Shown one piece after another: positions 1 through 12,591 of a DNA stretch of 64,000 nt. The DNA is taken from NCBI RefSeq assembly GCF_001194135.2, contig NC_068982.1, positions 31,278,617 to 31,342,616 of the forward strand, read 5' to 3'. The position numbers and the translations under genes are program-made. This DNA is from Octopus bimaculoides (taxonomy: Eukaryota). Position 1 is the stretch's first letter. The number at the start of each line of letters is the position of its first letter. The notes beneath the pieces are model-generated. The model searched no databases. It was not told the origin of the DNA and saw nothing but the letters and a program-made list of their open reading frames with translations.

Positions 1-12
1 ATTATATCGATA

Positions 13-82
13 TCTTTGCCGAACCACCATGTTACGGGGACATAAACACACCAACATCGGTTTTCAAACGGTGGTGGACACA
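13..82 (-). mobile_element. SINE family 1 internal fragment
   Basis: Matches 46031-46110 of the full-length copy in this window (CTTTGCCGAACC..GTTACGGGG..AAACACACCA.CATCGG). Confidence 0.7.
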
Positions 83-594
83 CGCACACACTCACACACA
101 CACGTGCGATGGGCTAGCTCCTTACCACACTGTCACGCCAACGCCTGCATGAGGAAGAAATTTCAACGGACAAACAACGTACTAAATAATACAATACCAT
201 ATAAAAAGAAAAGGATAACTCGTTAGATTTAAACAATTTCTCTATGTTCTTATGGTTATCTCTATGCTGCATGTACATTTCGTTTGGAATAAATAAACTA
301 AGCGCGTTAGTATTGTCTTAAGTCACTCAATTAAAATTATCAATAAAAAGAGTCTCAAAAGTAATGCACATGGCAGAAAAAAAATCAGCTTCAGATATGC
401 ATCTGCAATGCAAAGGAAGAATATAAGCAGATTTAATTACAGACAAAAAGTACTACATTACAACATCTTTTTGTCAGTAATCTATGTCTCATGGAAATCT
501 CCATCGATTTAATCGGCATTCGACACACGGGCATTGTGCGCGTAACCTTTCTTAATATATAAATATAAATATGTATAGGTGTGTATGGGTGTGT

Positions 595-713
595 TTACAC
601 ACAACACACACAAACACACACACACAGGCCACCCCCACATATATTTATTAATGTGTATGTATATATATATATATACATATATATATATACACGCATATAC
701 ATATATTCATGCG

Positions 714-748
<35 letters not shown>

Positions 749-993
749 NNNNNNNNNNNNNNNNNNNNNNNNNNNNNNNNNNNNNNNNNNNNNNNNNNNN
801 NNNNNNNNNNNNNNNNNNNNNNNNNNNNNNNNNNNNNNNNNNNNNNNNNNNNNNNNNNNNNNNNNNNNNNNNNNNNNNNNNNNNNNNNNNNNNNNNNNNN
901 NNNNNNNNNNATATATATACCCACAGATTCATGCAAACATATGCGCATTTATCTGTCTACCTATTTAGCTAGTTATCAAGATATGTGTGTGTG

Positions 994-1026
<33 letters not shown>

Positions 1027-1400
1027 TTGTGTGTGTGTGTCTGTGTGTGTGTCCGTGTCTGTGTGTGAGTGTGTGTGTGTGTAATTCTATATGTATGTAT
1101 ATTTAGTGCTAACTTTCGCTGTTGCAGTTCTTATTATCAATATTTTTTTTTCTTTTTGCTGCTGACGATGCTAGATAATGGTTATGATGATAAAGTGTAA
1201 TGCGTGACTTGAAACTATTGTCATATAATAGTTAAGCCTTTAGCAGCCGACAAAATCAGTAAAAACTTGATGGCTTACAGAGATACAAAGAATGCAATAG
1301 ATCTGCGGTTGACATACATACATACATACATACATACATACAACGACATATATACATACATACATGCATACGTACGTACGTACACAAACGTACATACATG

Positions 1401-1448
<48 letters not shown>

Positions 1449-2335
1449 NNNNNNNNNNNNNNNNNNNNNNNNNNNNNNNNNNNNNNNNNNNNNNNNNNNN
1501 NNNNNNNNNNNNNNNNNNNNNNNNNNNNNNNNNNNNNNNNNNNNNNNNNNNNNNNNNNNNNNNNNNNNNNNNNNNNNNNNNNNNNNNNNNNNNNNNNNNN
1601 NNNNNNNNNNNNNNNNNNNNNNNNNNNNNNNNNNNNNNNNNNNNNNNNNNNNNNNNNNNNNNNNNNNNNNNNNNNNNNNNNNNNNNNNNNNNNNNNNNNN
1701 NNNNNNNNNNNNNNNNNNNNNNNNNNNNNNNNNNNNNNNNNNNNNNNNNNNNNNNNNNNNNNNNNNNNNNNNNNNNNNNNNNNNNNNNNNNNNNNNNNNN
1801 NNNNNNNNNNNNNNNNNNNNNNNNNNNNNNNNNNNNNNNNNNNNNNNNNNNNNNNNNNNNNNNNNNNNNNNNNNNNNNNNNNNNNNNNNNNNNNNNNNNN
1901 NNNNNNNNNNNNNNNNNNNNNNNNNNNNNNNNNNNNNNNNNNNNNNNNNNNNNNNNNNNNNNNNNNNNNNNNNNNNNNNNNNNNNNNNNNNNNNNNNNNN
2001 NNNNNNNNNNNNNNNNNNNNNNNNNNNNNNNNNNNNNNNNNNNNNNNNNNNNNNNNNNNNNNNNNNNNNNNNNNNNNNNNNNNNNNNNNTATATATATGC
2101 ATGCAAGCATCCATGCATCCATACATCCATACATATATATATACATACATACAAGCATGCATGCATATATCTACACACATATGTACATATATATATATGT
2201 GTGTGTGTATGTGTGTGTTTCTGTGTGTATATATAGCTTATGTTTGTGTGTATATATCCTATTGGATACTTACACACAAATATATGTTTATATATATACA
2301 CATATAACATATTTTATATATATATGTTTGTATGC

Positions 2336-2366
<31 letters not shown>

Positions 2367-2370
2367 CTAT
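595..2370. repeat. Compound (CA)n/(TA)n/(TG)n/(CATA)n microsatellites flanking two assembly gaps
   Basis: Directly visible; gaps at 749-910 and 1449-2089. Overlapping ORFs are repeat translations. Confidence 0.95.
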
Positions 2371-2562
2371 ATAAATAAAGAGAGACAAGTGGAGAGAGGG
2401 GGAAAGAGATAAAGAGACAAAATGTAGGAGACAACAATTAAGGGGAGAGGTAGATATGTAGACAGACTCAAATATATATCGAAATGTAATTAAGCGTAAT
2501 GAAATTGTCATGTGAAACGTATAGAACCTGTACCGACATTGTTTTTCTCAAATGTGTGCCTG

Positions 2563-2563
<1 letters not shown>

Positions 2564-2625
<62 letters not shown>

Positions 2626-2707
2626 GTCTGTCTATCTATCTATTTATCTTTCTCTCTTCTCTCTCTTTCTCATACTATCTTCGTATATATATATATATAT
2701 ATATATA
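2564..2707. repeat. (TCTA)n and (TA)n microsatellites
   Basis: Directly visible; followed by an N gap. Confidence 0.95.
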
Positions 2708-2989
2708 NNNNNNNNNNNNNNNNNNNNNNNNNNNNNNNNNNNNNNNNNNNNNNNNNNNNNNNNNNNNNNNNNNNATATACACCCTATGTGGATTCTCAAT
2801 TATCTACTCTCGCATCAAGACAAAGTTGTTCCTGCATATAATATATACACGTACACAAACAATACAGACATACATTTATAGAAGCATATATTTATATGGA
2901 TGGAAAGATACAGATTTAGATTGTTCGTTTTACAGATCCATGTGTACCCATTTCTTTTTTAACTTACAAAATGATTATACATGTGTATT

Positions 2990-4130
2990 TCAATGATTTT
3001 AAATTTTCCTATAATATATCCTTTTCACTATTTAGACTTTTCTTTACCTCTTTCTCTTTCGTTCTTACCGTCTGTATTTCTTTGTTACTCTCTATTACTC
3101 TTCACTCAATTCTATTTTCTTTTATTTATTTATTTATTTTTTTGTTTTGTTACTAAAATTCCTTTCTTAGTTTTAAATATTCTGCAGCATTTTAGTAAGT
3201 TTGTATTTTTTCTTTGTCTACTCAATTTATTTCATTTTTGTTTTTGCATGTTACCTTCATTAAATCTATCGAATGTTTTTCTCTCACTATATCAATCAAA
3301 TTTTTATTTGTTACTATCGCTTTCTTTCTATCTCCCTCCTGAAACTACCCTTCTTTACATCTTTCTATTTCTCACTTACAATATTTTTCCTTATTTTTTC
3401 TCTTTCTGTTTTGCTCATGATCTTAGTTTCACTCATTTTGAAGTCCCAGTTGTTTCTGTTGTTCATTCTCTCAACCACAATTTTACTCCTCTAGCATTTC
3501 TCATTTCCTTTCTCCATTTTTCATAACCTTACCTCTCTCTCTCCCTAGCATTCACTCGAGCTTTCTAGTTGACATAGTGTCATCTAATACACATACACTC
3601 ACACATATATATACACTCACATACACACGCAACGACTCACATCCACACACATACAAAAGCACATAATGTCTATCTCTCTTGCGGATCTGATAAATCACTG
3701 CCTCATTTTCTCTCAATCTGCATTTCAATTTTTATTTCGCATCTCTTCTATTGTTCAAACTCATCATACCCACTCTCTATACCTCTCTTACTACATCTCG
3801 TCCCCTTTATCTATGTATTCCCTCTCTTTTTCTCTCAGTTTATCTTTCTACTTTCATTTCCCGAACTTATCTATCTTATCATTTTTCTCTCTCACTTTCA
3901 TTTGTTTGGCCTTCTAACTTCCCACCTCTATGCTGCTATGCTCTCTATACGCTCTATACGTGCCATATTTATTTAGTCTTTCACTTTCTCCTTCTTTCAA
4001 CACGCACACTCATCAAGTGTCATACACTACGTCTTTCTTGTCTTTTGCATTTATTTTCTATTTAGATAACTTTTACTATATCTAATTCAGTAATTTCTTT
4101 CTACCCACCCTTTCCGTTTCTCTCTCTTTG
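2990..4130. repeat. Long pyrimidine-rich low-complexity tract
   Basis: The + strand is overwhelmingly T/C for about 1.1 kb; looks like decayed (TC)n/(TTC)n. Confidence 0.8.
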
Positions 4131-4994
4131 TCTTGCGCATAACACGCCTCACATCCTCCCCGATAAATTTCTTTTTATCTCCATTTAAGCGCCATCTTTT
4201 CTCATGGAACATATTGCTGTGTATTTTGCAAGCTAGAAAACACAAGAAAACTTTTACTTGCAACTAGAAAATGCTGACTTTCACAATGAGGCATCTAGAT
4301 TTTTTATGCAAATACTTGATATTTTGGTTGTGTTTACCATCTCATGTTGCTTACTCTTAAATGCCTACGGCATAAAAGATGTAATTATTCTCGAAGAATG
4401 CCTGTTTATTTGAAGCATGAAAAAATATTTTGCCAATCGTTTATTCAATAGTAACCAAAGGTGAACATTGAAACTTATTCAATTCTTTTCCTTGATTGTA
4501 TAAATTTTTTTAAAAATTTCAAATGAATTCGTTGTTGTTAATTGTTGATGCTATTGTTGCTATTCTAGCATGCAGATTTCAATTATCAGTCAAAAGATAT
4601 TTGAGATTTATTTATATATTTTAGTTTTACAGTATTCATTTATACCGTTGTTGGTGTTTAGTTCCTATCGACCCTCACTGGAAATACTTTTCAGCTATGG
4701 CCGTACGATCTTTTCTTTCATGAATCGTTTCTGTATTACTGCCTTCTCTAATGATACCTCAAGTATCATACTATTTTGTAAGACTCTACAGTATAATTTT
4801 TGAGTATTTTAACTGCTATTTGAAGATGACTGAATACATGGAAGCTTCTTAATTGGCACACTATATCTATGAAATCCCTGTATTTACGACGAGCGCTGAA
4901 ATATATTGTTGACTATTGTGCTTGCTGTTTCAACGTTAATTACTTGCAGCATTAACAGAAGATTATTGATGGATGAAGTATACGGTTTTTCGCG

Positions 4995-5140
4995 CAATAT
5001 GGCCGAATGATTAACAAGCTCGCTTCACAACCAAGTACCGGTATCGACCCCGATGCTTTGCATCCTGGGCAATGCCATTTTCTGTTGTCACATCCCTCTA
5101 TATCTTGTGAATGAAATTGACCCAAACTATAGAAAGTACC
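4995..5140 (+). mobile_element. Old, diverged SINE family 1 5' half
   Basis: AAGCTCGCTTCACAACC..CTGGGCAATG..CTTGTGAATGAAATTG aligns by eye to the 5' half of the copy at 32961-33331. Confidence 0.6.
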
Positions 5141-5367
5141 AATGGAAGTATTGTACCCGAAATTTAAATGACACAGACTTGCCATATATATAATGTGTGG
5201 TGGAGACTTTTCTAAGAATTGCATTAAGATAACATATGATTGTGCTATGATCAGCTACTTACACCTTAATTCAAAAGCAATAAGACCGAAAAACTAAATC
5301 CTCATCGTCGAACGACGGAAGTCCAATAAAGGTTGATTATGAGGACGACTATCGTAATAATGAGACG

Positions 5368-6211
5368 GAATAATGAGAAGGAATATAATATTTAGAAACA
5401 ATGTTATTTCATAAATCCCTATCATCTTATTCAGTATTGTTTTATACATCTTTTTCATTGTTGAATATGTGGAGGCGCAATGGCCCATTGGTTAGGGCAA
5501 CAACAACAACAATTGTTGAATATATTCAGTGATTTTTCACTTTTCAGAAGCTTTTTTTTTACCTGACCATTTCACTTCATTCATATATTGAAAAGCAGAT
5601 TATCTAACGCGGTCTTCATGTTTAAGACATGTAGGTAGTGATGTTGCTGATTATTAGGATGCGAATACTTTTAACGGTAAGATCATCATTAATAAGTTAC
5701 GCGTTAACATAAATTATTAGTGTGATTTACATTGGGTTTATTATATTATCATGTTATGAGTAAGCTATAGTTTTTAGTAGAAAAGCAATGTTACATGCAA
5801 TATCAATTTATCGGTTGCATGAATTTTTCCATTCTGTGCTGAGTCTTTTCATATGGTGTCAAATACATACATTTGGGAATCGCTGATCCGGCTTTTGACC
5901 CTAGCACCATTTCCCACTGCTTAATCACAACATAATTTCCTTGCATTTGGAAATTGATATTACTAATGCTAGTGAATGGTAACTATTACCATGAAAATTA
6001 TCATCATGGTAGTAACCATCACTATAACCATGATGATGATAGTTATGTTATTTAAGATGTTGCTGCCTGTTGTGATGATTATGAGTACGGCTCTCACAAT
6101 AATGAGGAGGAAAATAATATTAAGAAACATAATGTTATTTCATAAATCATTATCATCTCAGTATTATTTTATACCTCTTTTCATTGTTGAATATATTCAG
6201 TGATTTTTCAC
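5368..6211 (+). repeat. Local ~115-bp direct duplication (5368-5540 and 6098-6211)
   Basis: ATAATGAG..AGAAACA.ATGTTATTTCATAAATC..TTCATTGTTGAATATATTCAGTGATTTTTCAC occurs twice; only the first copy carries the mini-SINE. Confidence 0.85.
5469..5511 (+). mobile_element. 43-bp mini-SINE (tRNA-like head fused to a (CAA)n tail) with a 12-bp TSD
   Basis: GGAGGCGCAATGGCCCATTGGTTAGGGCA + ACAACAACAACA, flanked by ATTGTTGAATAT at 5457-5468 and 5512-5523. Confidence 0.8.
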
Positions 6212-6897
6212 CGAGCTCTTCCTTTTCATAGCAGCTGCGATTTACATCTTATGTGCTATTAAAACTATAATTCTGCCACTCAGATTCATTAAGCTGAATT
6301 ATGTTGGCTGTTATTAGAACTACCTTATGGTTTTAGCCAAATCTCTTTATATTCTGAATGATCAATTTGGCAAATGTAATTTGCCTTTTATTCTTCTGTG
6401 GCCACTAGCATAAATACTATATTAATAGTGGAGTAATTAAATTAAAATCATTATCATTGAGCTTCCAAGCCTTCATTGCTACAATTTCAAATGTATGTTT
6501 TTGCATTGGACTTCGATAATACTTTTGTATGAATATGTCAAACAGATGATGCAATTATTTTACTCCAGGCCAGAGAAAAAAATAAACAACAATTTGTGGA
6601 ATAAGGTTGTATCTTTAGGTTTAAAGCTATAGAAAAATTAAATATCTGAAAAATTATGTTGTGCTGAATTATGTTATATCTCCACCCATTTCTGCTATAC
6701 TATAAGAGCCACGTCTCTTCTGAGGCAGGAGAGATAAATGGAACAATACAGAAAACTTACTTCAATATTAGCTTCTACTTCGCTGATCATGCATACGTTT
6801 GTTCATTGGAGTCTCATTAATCTCCCTTTGTATCCAATTTACCATATATATTACGCACACTCACACACACACACGCACACATACACGCAAGAATATA

Positions 6898-7735
6898 CAG
6901 GATGTGGTGAATAACCTGTCCTCTAAAAATGAAAATAACACTGACATCTCATTTTAACAGATATATTTACCAAAATTACATAAAAATATCTTGAAATATT
7001 AAAGAGTAAATTTATTCAATAAGATCACCATTGGCTTCAACTATGCCCTCCAGACGACTGCAGAATATTCTGCAACTCTTCAGGAAGGTCCCCTTCTTTA
7101 AGTTCGTGAATGCTGCCATAATCCTTGGTTTCAGTCCATCTTTGTTCTTACAAGGAGTTTTGTTGGTTTCTCAATCAACTGCGGCCCGAACTTAATAATG
7201 AAGAAGGTTGTAGTCTGGGAAGTTAGGTGCCCAGATGTTAGGAGTGATGTGGGTCCTCCTGCTTGTGTGACATGGTGCGCCACCCGGTTGCCAGACATAT
7301 GGTCTTCCAGCAGCCCCCTCTTGACTCAGGACAGAAGTACCTTCTCCAGGCACTTGAAGTAAGACTCAGTGTTGAGTGTGAGGCTTTGTAAGATGATGAA
7401 TGGCGGTATAACGTCGCCATCTCTCCAAACACTCTAATGTTGACTGAATGTTTGATTTTTACCACTATCGAGACTTGTCCTCAGATTGCATTTTTCTCAG
7501 ATTGACAACCAAACACTCTGAAATGTTCGTATTGGAGATTTCAGCGTGAATGCCGAGCAGTCCAGTATGTCGTTTCGAAATTTCCGGCAGAATGAATTGC
7601 GTCAAGGTGCCCTTTTATTCCTAGACGGTACCCAACTGACCCTACTATACTGTGTAGTCTACAAACTCAAAAACAAACTATTCACCTACGCGAAATTAAA
7701 AATAAAACTGACAACAATTTACCCATCGCAGGCTG
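6898..7735 (-). mobile_element. Internally deleted Tc1/mariner-superfamily transposon, probably maT (DD37D), with dead transposase
   Basis: TA at both ends and degenerate TIRs (CAGGATGTG.. / ..AATTTACCCATCGCAGGCTG). Minus-strand translation DGDVIPPFI..WQPGGAPCHTSRRTHITPNIWAPNFPDYNLLHY*..GDLIE* resembles the QQDxAPxH..WPPxSPDxNPLDY catalytic region. Confidence 0.85.
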
Positions 7736-7855
7736 TACATACAAGTATATATATATATATTGGAATAATAACAATAATACTTGGATGGAATTTATAAACA
7801 TTTAATGAATTTATAAACATTTACGCGCGTTTCCACAAGTTACGTGTTTCTTTAG

Positions 7856-7995
7856 ATTACAGTCCGTATTCTCGAGATGATTATATTGTAGTTCATAGTA
7901 TCCGTCAGCATCGGGAAGATCATCTTCGTGGATTCATTTCTTCAGGCGATATAAAATTTATGGATGTTTACCAGAGAGATGTTTATCCATTTTGA
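7856..7995 (+). CDS. Candidate terminal coding exon of an unidentified gene
   Basis: Acceptor GTGTTTCTTTAG; phase-1 frame open for 46 codons: DYSPYSRDDYIVVHSIRQHREDHLRGFISSGDIKFMDVYQRDVYPF*. No homology recognised. Confidence 0.3.
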
Positions 7996-8404
7996 TCAAT
8001 GCGAATGTTGGTTGAGTTATGTTGGTATTTCTGTGTGTATTTGGTGGGAAGGAGGAGAGGGAGATGAAGGAAAGAGAGGAAGAAATGATAGTTATATGGG
8101 GAAGGAGGTGTGTGTGGTGATGTTGGATTTATTTTGCTATTCAGTCTGCAGGGCTCCAGGATAGGTCGTACATTACTTTGTTCGATCTCATTTAAGGCAT
8201 GACTATCATCGATAAATTCTGAAGTAAACAGGTCAGCTGGTACAGCCACTACAACCATCAGCTGTAAGAGTTGATTGTCTAAATTAATAAATAATACGTT
8301 CAAAGGGTGACCTTTTAATTCTCTTGTTGTACAATGGTATAGTGTACAGCATCCTAAATATTGGTTGGTTTGTTTATTTTTTATTTAGTTATATACTATT
8401 ATTT

Positions 8405-9222
8405 TTCAAAATTCAGTCCAAGGACTGCGGCCATGCCGGGGTGCCACCGTTTACCTTGCTACACTTTCAGTAAACCACCTCTGATATGTGACATTTGGTG
8501 GATGAAGGAGTTTGACGTTGCTGTACTCATCTTTGGAACATTTGACAGAATGAGATCTAGTTTATTCTTTACAAACAGTAGACATTGCTTCAAGCGAACT
8601 ACAATACTCTTTTGGATCTAGTTTTGTTTTGAAAGAACCTACATGCACACCGTGCAGGTCTCTCAGGCTTTGTCGGAGGATATTGAAGAGCTGTGGTCCT
8701 TTGAAGCCCAGTCTGTTGCAGTATCTGGTTCTGAATCCTGATGGCAATGTTGGGACCTTTGGTACCATTCAGTAGCCCCCGTATTTTTGTAAGTGACAAT
8801 GCCAAAGTTTGAAGCAAGTTTTCAGTTGTATATTATTGCATATCCTTCCCGCCTTCGCTCCAGGGAATAGCCTTAACTCTTTCAGTCTCTGCCAGTAGCT
8901 GATATGTTGCTTTATATCGATCTTCCTTGTGTAGCTTTGCTGGATCGTCTCGAGTTCTGTCATTAATTATACAGTGTTTGGTGACCACAGTTGGGAGCAG
9001 TAATCCAGAAGGCTGAGAATGAAGGTCCTCCAGAGGACCATCATGGTTTCCTTTTTTCTTGCTTTGAAAGTTCGAGGGATCCACCCGGCTAGTCGCCTGC
9101 ATTTTATTGCCAACTTAGTAATGTGCATCTGGAAAGATGCACCATTACTCATGTCGGTGCCTAGGTCACGCACTAATTTTGATTTAGGGATTGGAATCCC
9201 TCCCGGGCCAGTGTATCCTACT
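8405..9222 (-). mobile_element. CR1/L2-group LINE, 3' part (RT C-terminus and 3' tail)
   Basis: GYTGPGGIPIPKSKLVRDLG..LDYCSQLWSP..ELETIQQSYTRKI..YWQRLKELRL..KGPQLFNIL, with frameshifts and stops. Confidence 0.9.
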
Positions 9223-9227
9223 GCACT

Positions 9228-10460
9228 GGCCCTACCATCAACTTGCAGTGAAATAGTTTTCCCACCTGAAATAACTAAATCTTTTAAAGGTGATCAGTTT
9301 CTGTTTAATGACTCAGGACCAGTTGAAAAGTGTATTGTGATATTTGCGATAAGACGTAATTTACAGTGTATTTACTAGTATGCAGGCGGCACATTTGAAA
9401 CAGTACCTTTGATAATTCACCAGTTGTATACCCTATATGGATTAAAAGAGAAATATTCGCTGCCGCCCATGTTTGCGTTATTGCTGGACAAAACAGAAGA
9501 AACATACATAACGCTTTTGCACAAGATAAAGATTCTTGAACCATCATGTGCTCCATTGTCAATATCAATCGATTTTGAGAAAGTGATAATGAGAGTATTT
9601 TTGAAAGAATTTCTTAGTGCACAACAGAACGGTTGCCTATTCCACTTCAGTCAATGTATCTTTCCTGTAATTCAAAGTAATGGTTTTAAACGAAATTATG
9701 AAACCGGCCCAATTTTGCTTTAGTGATGACGATTCTACCAGCATTAGCATTTGTCCCAGTAAGCACAGTAACAAGAGCATTTGAGTTAAGTAATAACAAC
9801 AGCTTCCCTGATGAAGCACAAGAAATCATTGATTATTTGGAGGATACGTTGATTGGGAGGCCTAACAGAAGGAATGCGCGAAACCCACCTCCCTTCCCAC
9901 TAACTATGTGGAATATGTTTTAAAGAGTTCTTGATGATTTGCTTAAAACAAATAACTCAGTCGAAGGATGGCATCGAGCATTCGAAACTCAAGTTGGATT
10001 TCATCACCTCAACATCTGGAAATCTTTTTACAAAAAGAACAACGTTTAAGCGAGATTTGAATTGAACAGTATGTTTACTGGAATGGAACCAGAACCTCCA
10101 AAAAAGCGCTATCTAGATACTGCAAAAAGAAATATGATGTCTTGCTCAAAACTTTGATCCACAAAATAGTATTGATTACGTTCGTGGTACAGCACACAAC
10201 CTTTCTTTTTAAGATTTAATAAATTTTTCTGTAAAGACTATCTTTTGCTTTTTATGCATTTTAAATTAAAATAATCCTAATGTTTTCATAAACAGTTAAA
10301 AGCTAGTTATAAACCCAAATAATTATACATTTTGAATAAATAATACGAATTCATCAAGCAGAGACAATTAACATTTTTTAGTCAGATTGTGTTTTAGACA
10401 AATTGTTTCTAAATTAAAACTGTTTTAGGCAAATTGTTTTAGACAGACTCGCCTAGACCC
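9228..10460 (+). mobile_element. MULE (Mutator-like) transposon, 3' half with right TIR; transposase pseudogene
   Basis: GDQFLFNDSG..GGTFETVP..QLYTL..SIDFEK..GCLFHFSQ..LAFVP..WNMF..KTNNSVEGWH; end region has TTTTAGACAAATTGTTT subrepeats and ends AGACTCGCCTAGACC. Confidence 0.9.
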
Positions 10461-12400
10461 CTAGCAAAGATAGGTACTTGAGCAGCTGATGGTATGTCAG
10501 AGAGAGCTACTATGAACAGGAATGACTCCAGGACATTTCCCTGTGGAACACCACTCAATATTTGTGTTTTCTTCGAGGTGGCCCCGTTGACGACCACTAC
10601 TTGACATCTGTCATTTAGAAAGTCATGTAGCCGTTCTCCCAGTTTTCTAAACATGCGAAGATTTCGGAGCTTGTGACAAATCATATCATGGTCGACTTTG
10701 TCAAAGGATTTTGCAAAGTCGAGGTGTATCACGTCCACATTTGAGTTGTTGAGCAGCTGCTTTGGCACCCAGTCGTAATGCTGTAAGAACTGTGTCCGTC
10801 AGCTTCTGCAAGGTCGAAAACCAAGCTGGGTCTCAGTCAGCAAGTCATTCTCTCCAAGGAATGTAATTAATTTTCTTCGGACAAATCATTCCATGGCTTT
10901 GCTGATGTCTGAGGTCAGAGAGATAGACCTATAGTTTTCAGCAACTGCGCTGCTTCCTCCTTTATGGATAGAGCATATTATTACCTCTTTTATTTGTCCG
11001 GGAGCTAACCATTTGCGAGGAAGCTCTGAAACATTAGCTGCAATGGTCTTGCAAAGACGCATTTGCATGACTTGAGGAGGATTGCTGGGAATCCAATAGG
11101 GCCAGCAGCTGAGTTTCCATCTGTATCATCTATTACTAGCATTACATCCTTTTCTTCGATGATGATATAATCAATTCTTACTGCCACCCATTCACCCTCT
11201 GTAGCAGTAAAGAATTCTACAGAATGCTAACTTGCATGTACTGTAGGGGTGGTGTGAAGACACTTTTGAACTGTTCATTCAGTGTTGTGTTTCACTTATC
11301 CTCATTGTGTTTTCCATGAGACAACCATCTTTCTGGAGAAGCGGCCCTACCTTGTAATGCATAGAGCTAGTCTGGTTGGCGTACCTAAAGAAGTCTTTAG
11401 GGTCTGATTTTATATTTCTTATGACACAGGTTTCTCTCTCTAATCTTGCCTTCTCGTGGATGCGCTTCAGTTGTTTCTTAATCTCCAGCAGTGCTATTTC
11501 TCACTGCTGTTTCATAAGAACTTTTCTCTCCTTGGGAATCTTGTTTTTATGTGCCTTCTCTCTGGACAAAATTGTAGCTTGCATTACGGACATGAAAGTT
11601 TTCAATTTCATGTAAATGTCACGTGTAGAGAGACATTCGGAACAGTCCTTTTTGTTGATTTCTTTCTCAATTGATTTCCAATCTGCTTTGTGGTAGTTCA
11701 TATTGGATAGGTTTTGGGTGCTTCTCATGGGCTGCATCGCTGTAGGTTCCTTTGGTTCATACATGGTCAGCTCTATTATGTTATAATCCGACATTAGCGT
11801 CGGTGTCCCTTTCACTTTATGGATGATATCCACATTGTTTGTGAAGCAGAGATTAAGTATATTGTTTGCTCTGGTTCGTTGGAGTATTATTTACTCCATA
11901 TATAAATTGTTGGTGAGGCTGAGTAGGGATTCTACCTGACTTTGCTCACATCGTGGCATTCCTGAGAGGGAGAAGCCTTCTGGCCATTTCACATTGGGTA
12001 GGTTGGCGTCTTCCAAGTACACTGACATGCTCTTCTATTTTGGTTAAGATCTCTTCTATTCTTGCAAGACAGTCTTCGAATAGGCCCGTACGATTTGGGG
12101 CATCTGGTGGGCGATATGTAGTACATATAACTATGTCGTGTTGGCTTGTATGTATAATTAATGTGTCACACTGGGTTTGAGTGTGACAAAAGTATATGGG
12201 GCGTGTGATCGTCACGGATGTATGATACAATGCAACTTTATCATGGCTCTTGTTCTGTCTATTGCTTCGCAATACCACGTACTTAGGTATATGTATTTCG
12301 GCATGTGCGTCGTCGCGTTTTAAGTGCATTTCAGTGAGTGCTATGCATAAAGCTTGACTGCATGTCACTACTTCTCTCAGGAGACCTAGTTATCTTGTTT
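10461..12400 (-). mobile_element. CR1/L2-group LINE, 5' part of ORF2 (APE endonuclease and RT N-terminus)
   Basis: ALCIALTEMHL..ICTTYRPP (APE); SAAGPIG..IHKGGS..NYRSISLTS..LGFRPCRS..HLDFAKSFDKVDH..SGVPQG (RT), multiply frameshifted. Confidence 0.9.
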
Positions 12401-12532
12401 GTATGTGTTCCTTCCTTGTTCTATAATATGCTATTATTCCATTTGCATTTTATCAGTACAGCTCGATGCAACCCCAAAACCTGGTTCACCAGTCAGCGTC
12501 ATTAGATTGTGGCCGGCATAATGGAATAGAAG

Positions 12533-12591
<59 letters not shown>

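Noticed and set aside
579-2378. Long ORFs of 100-356 aa
   Set aside because: Translations of dinucleotide repeats running through N gaps.
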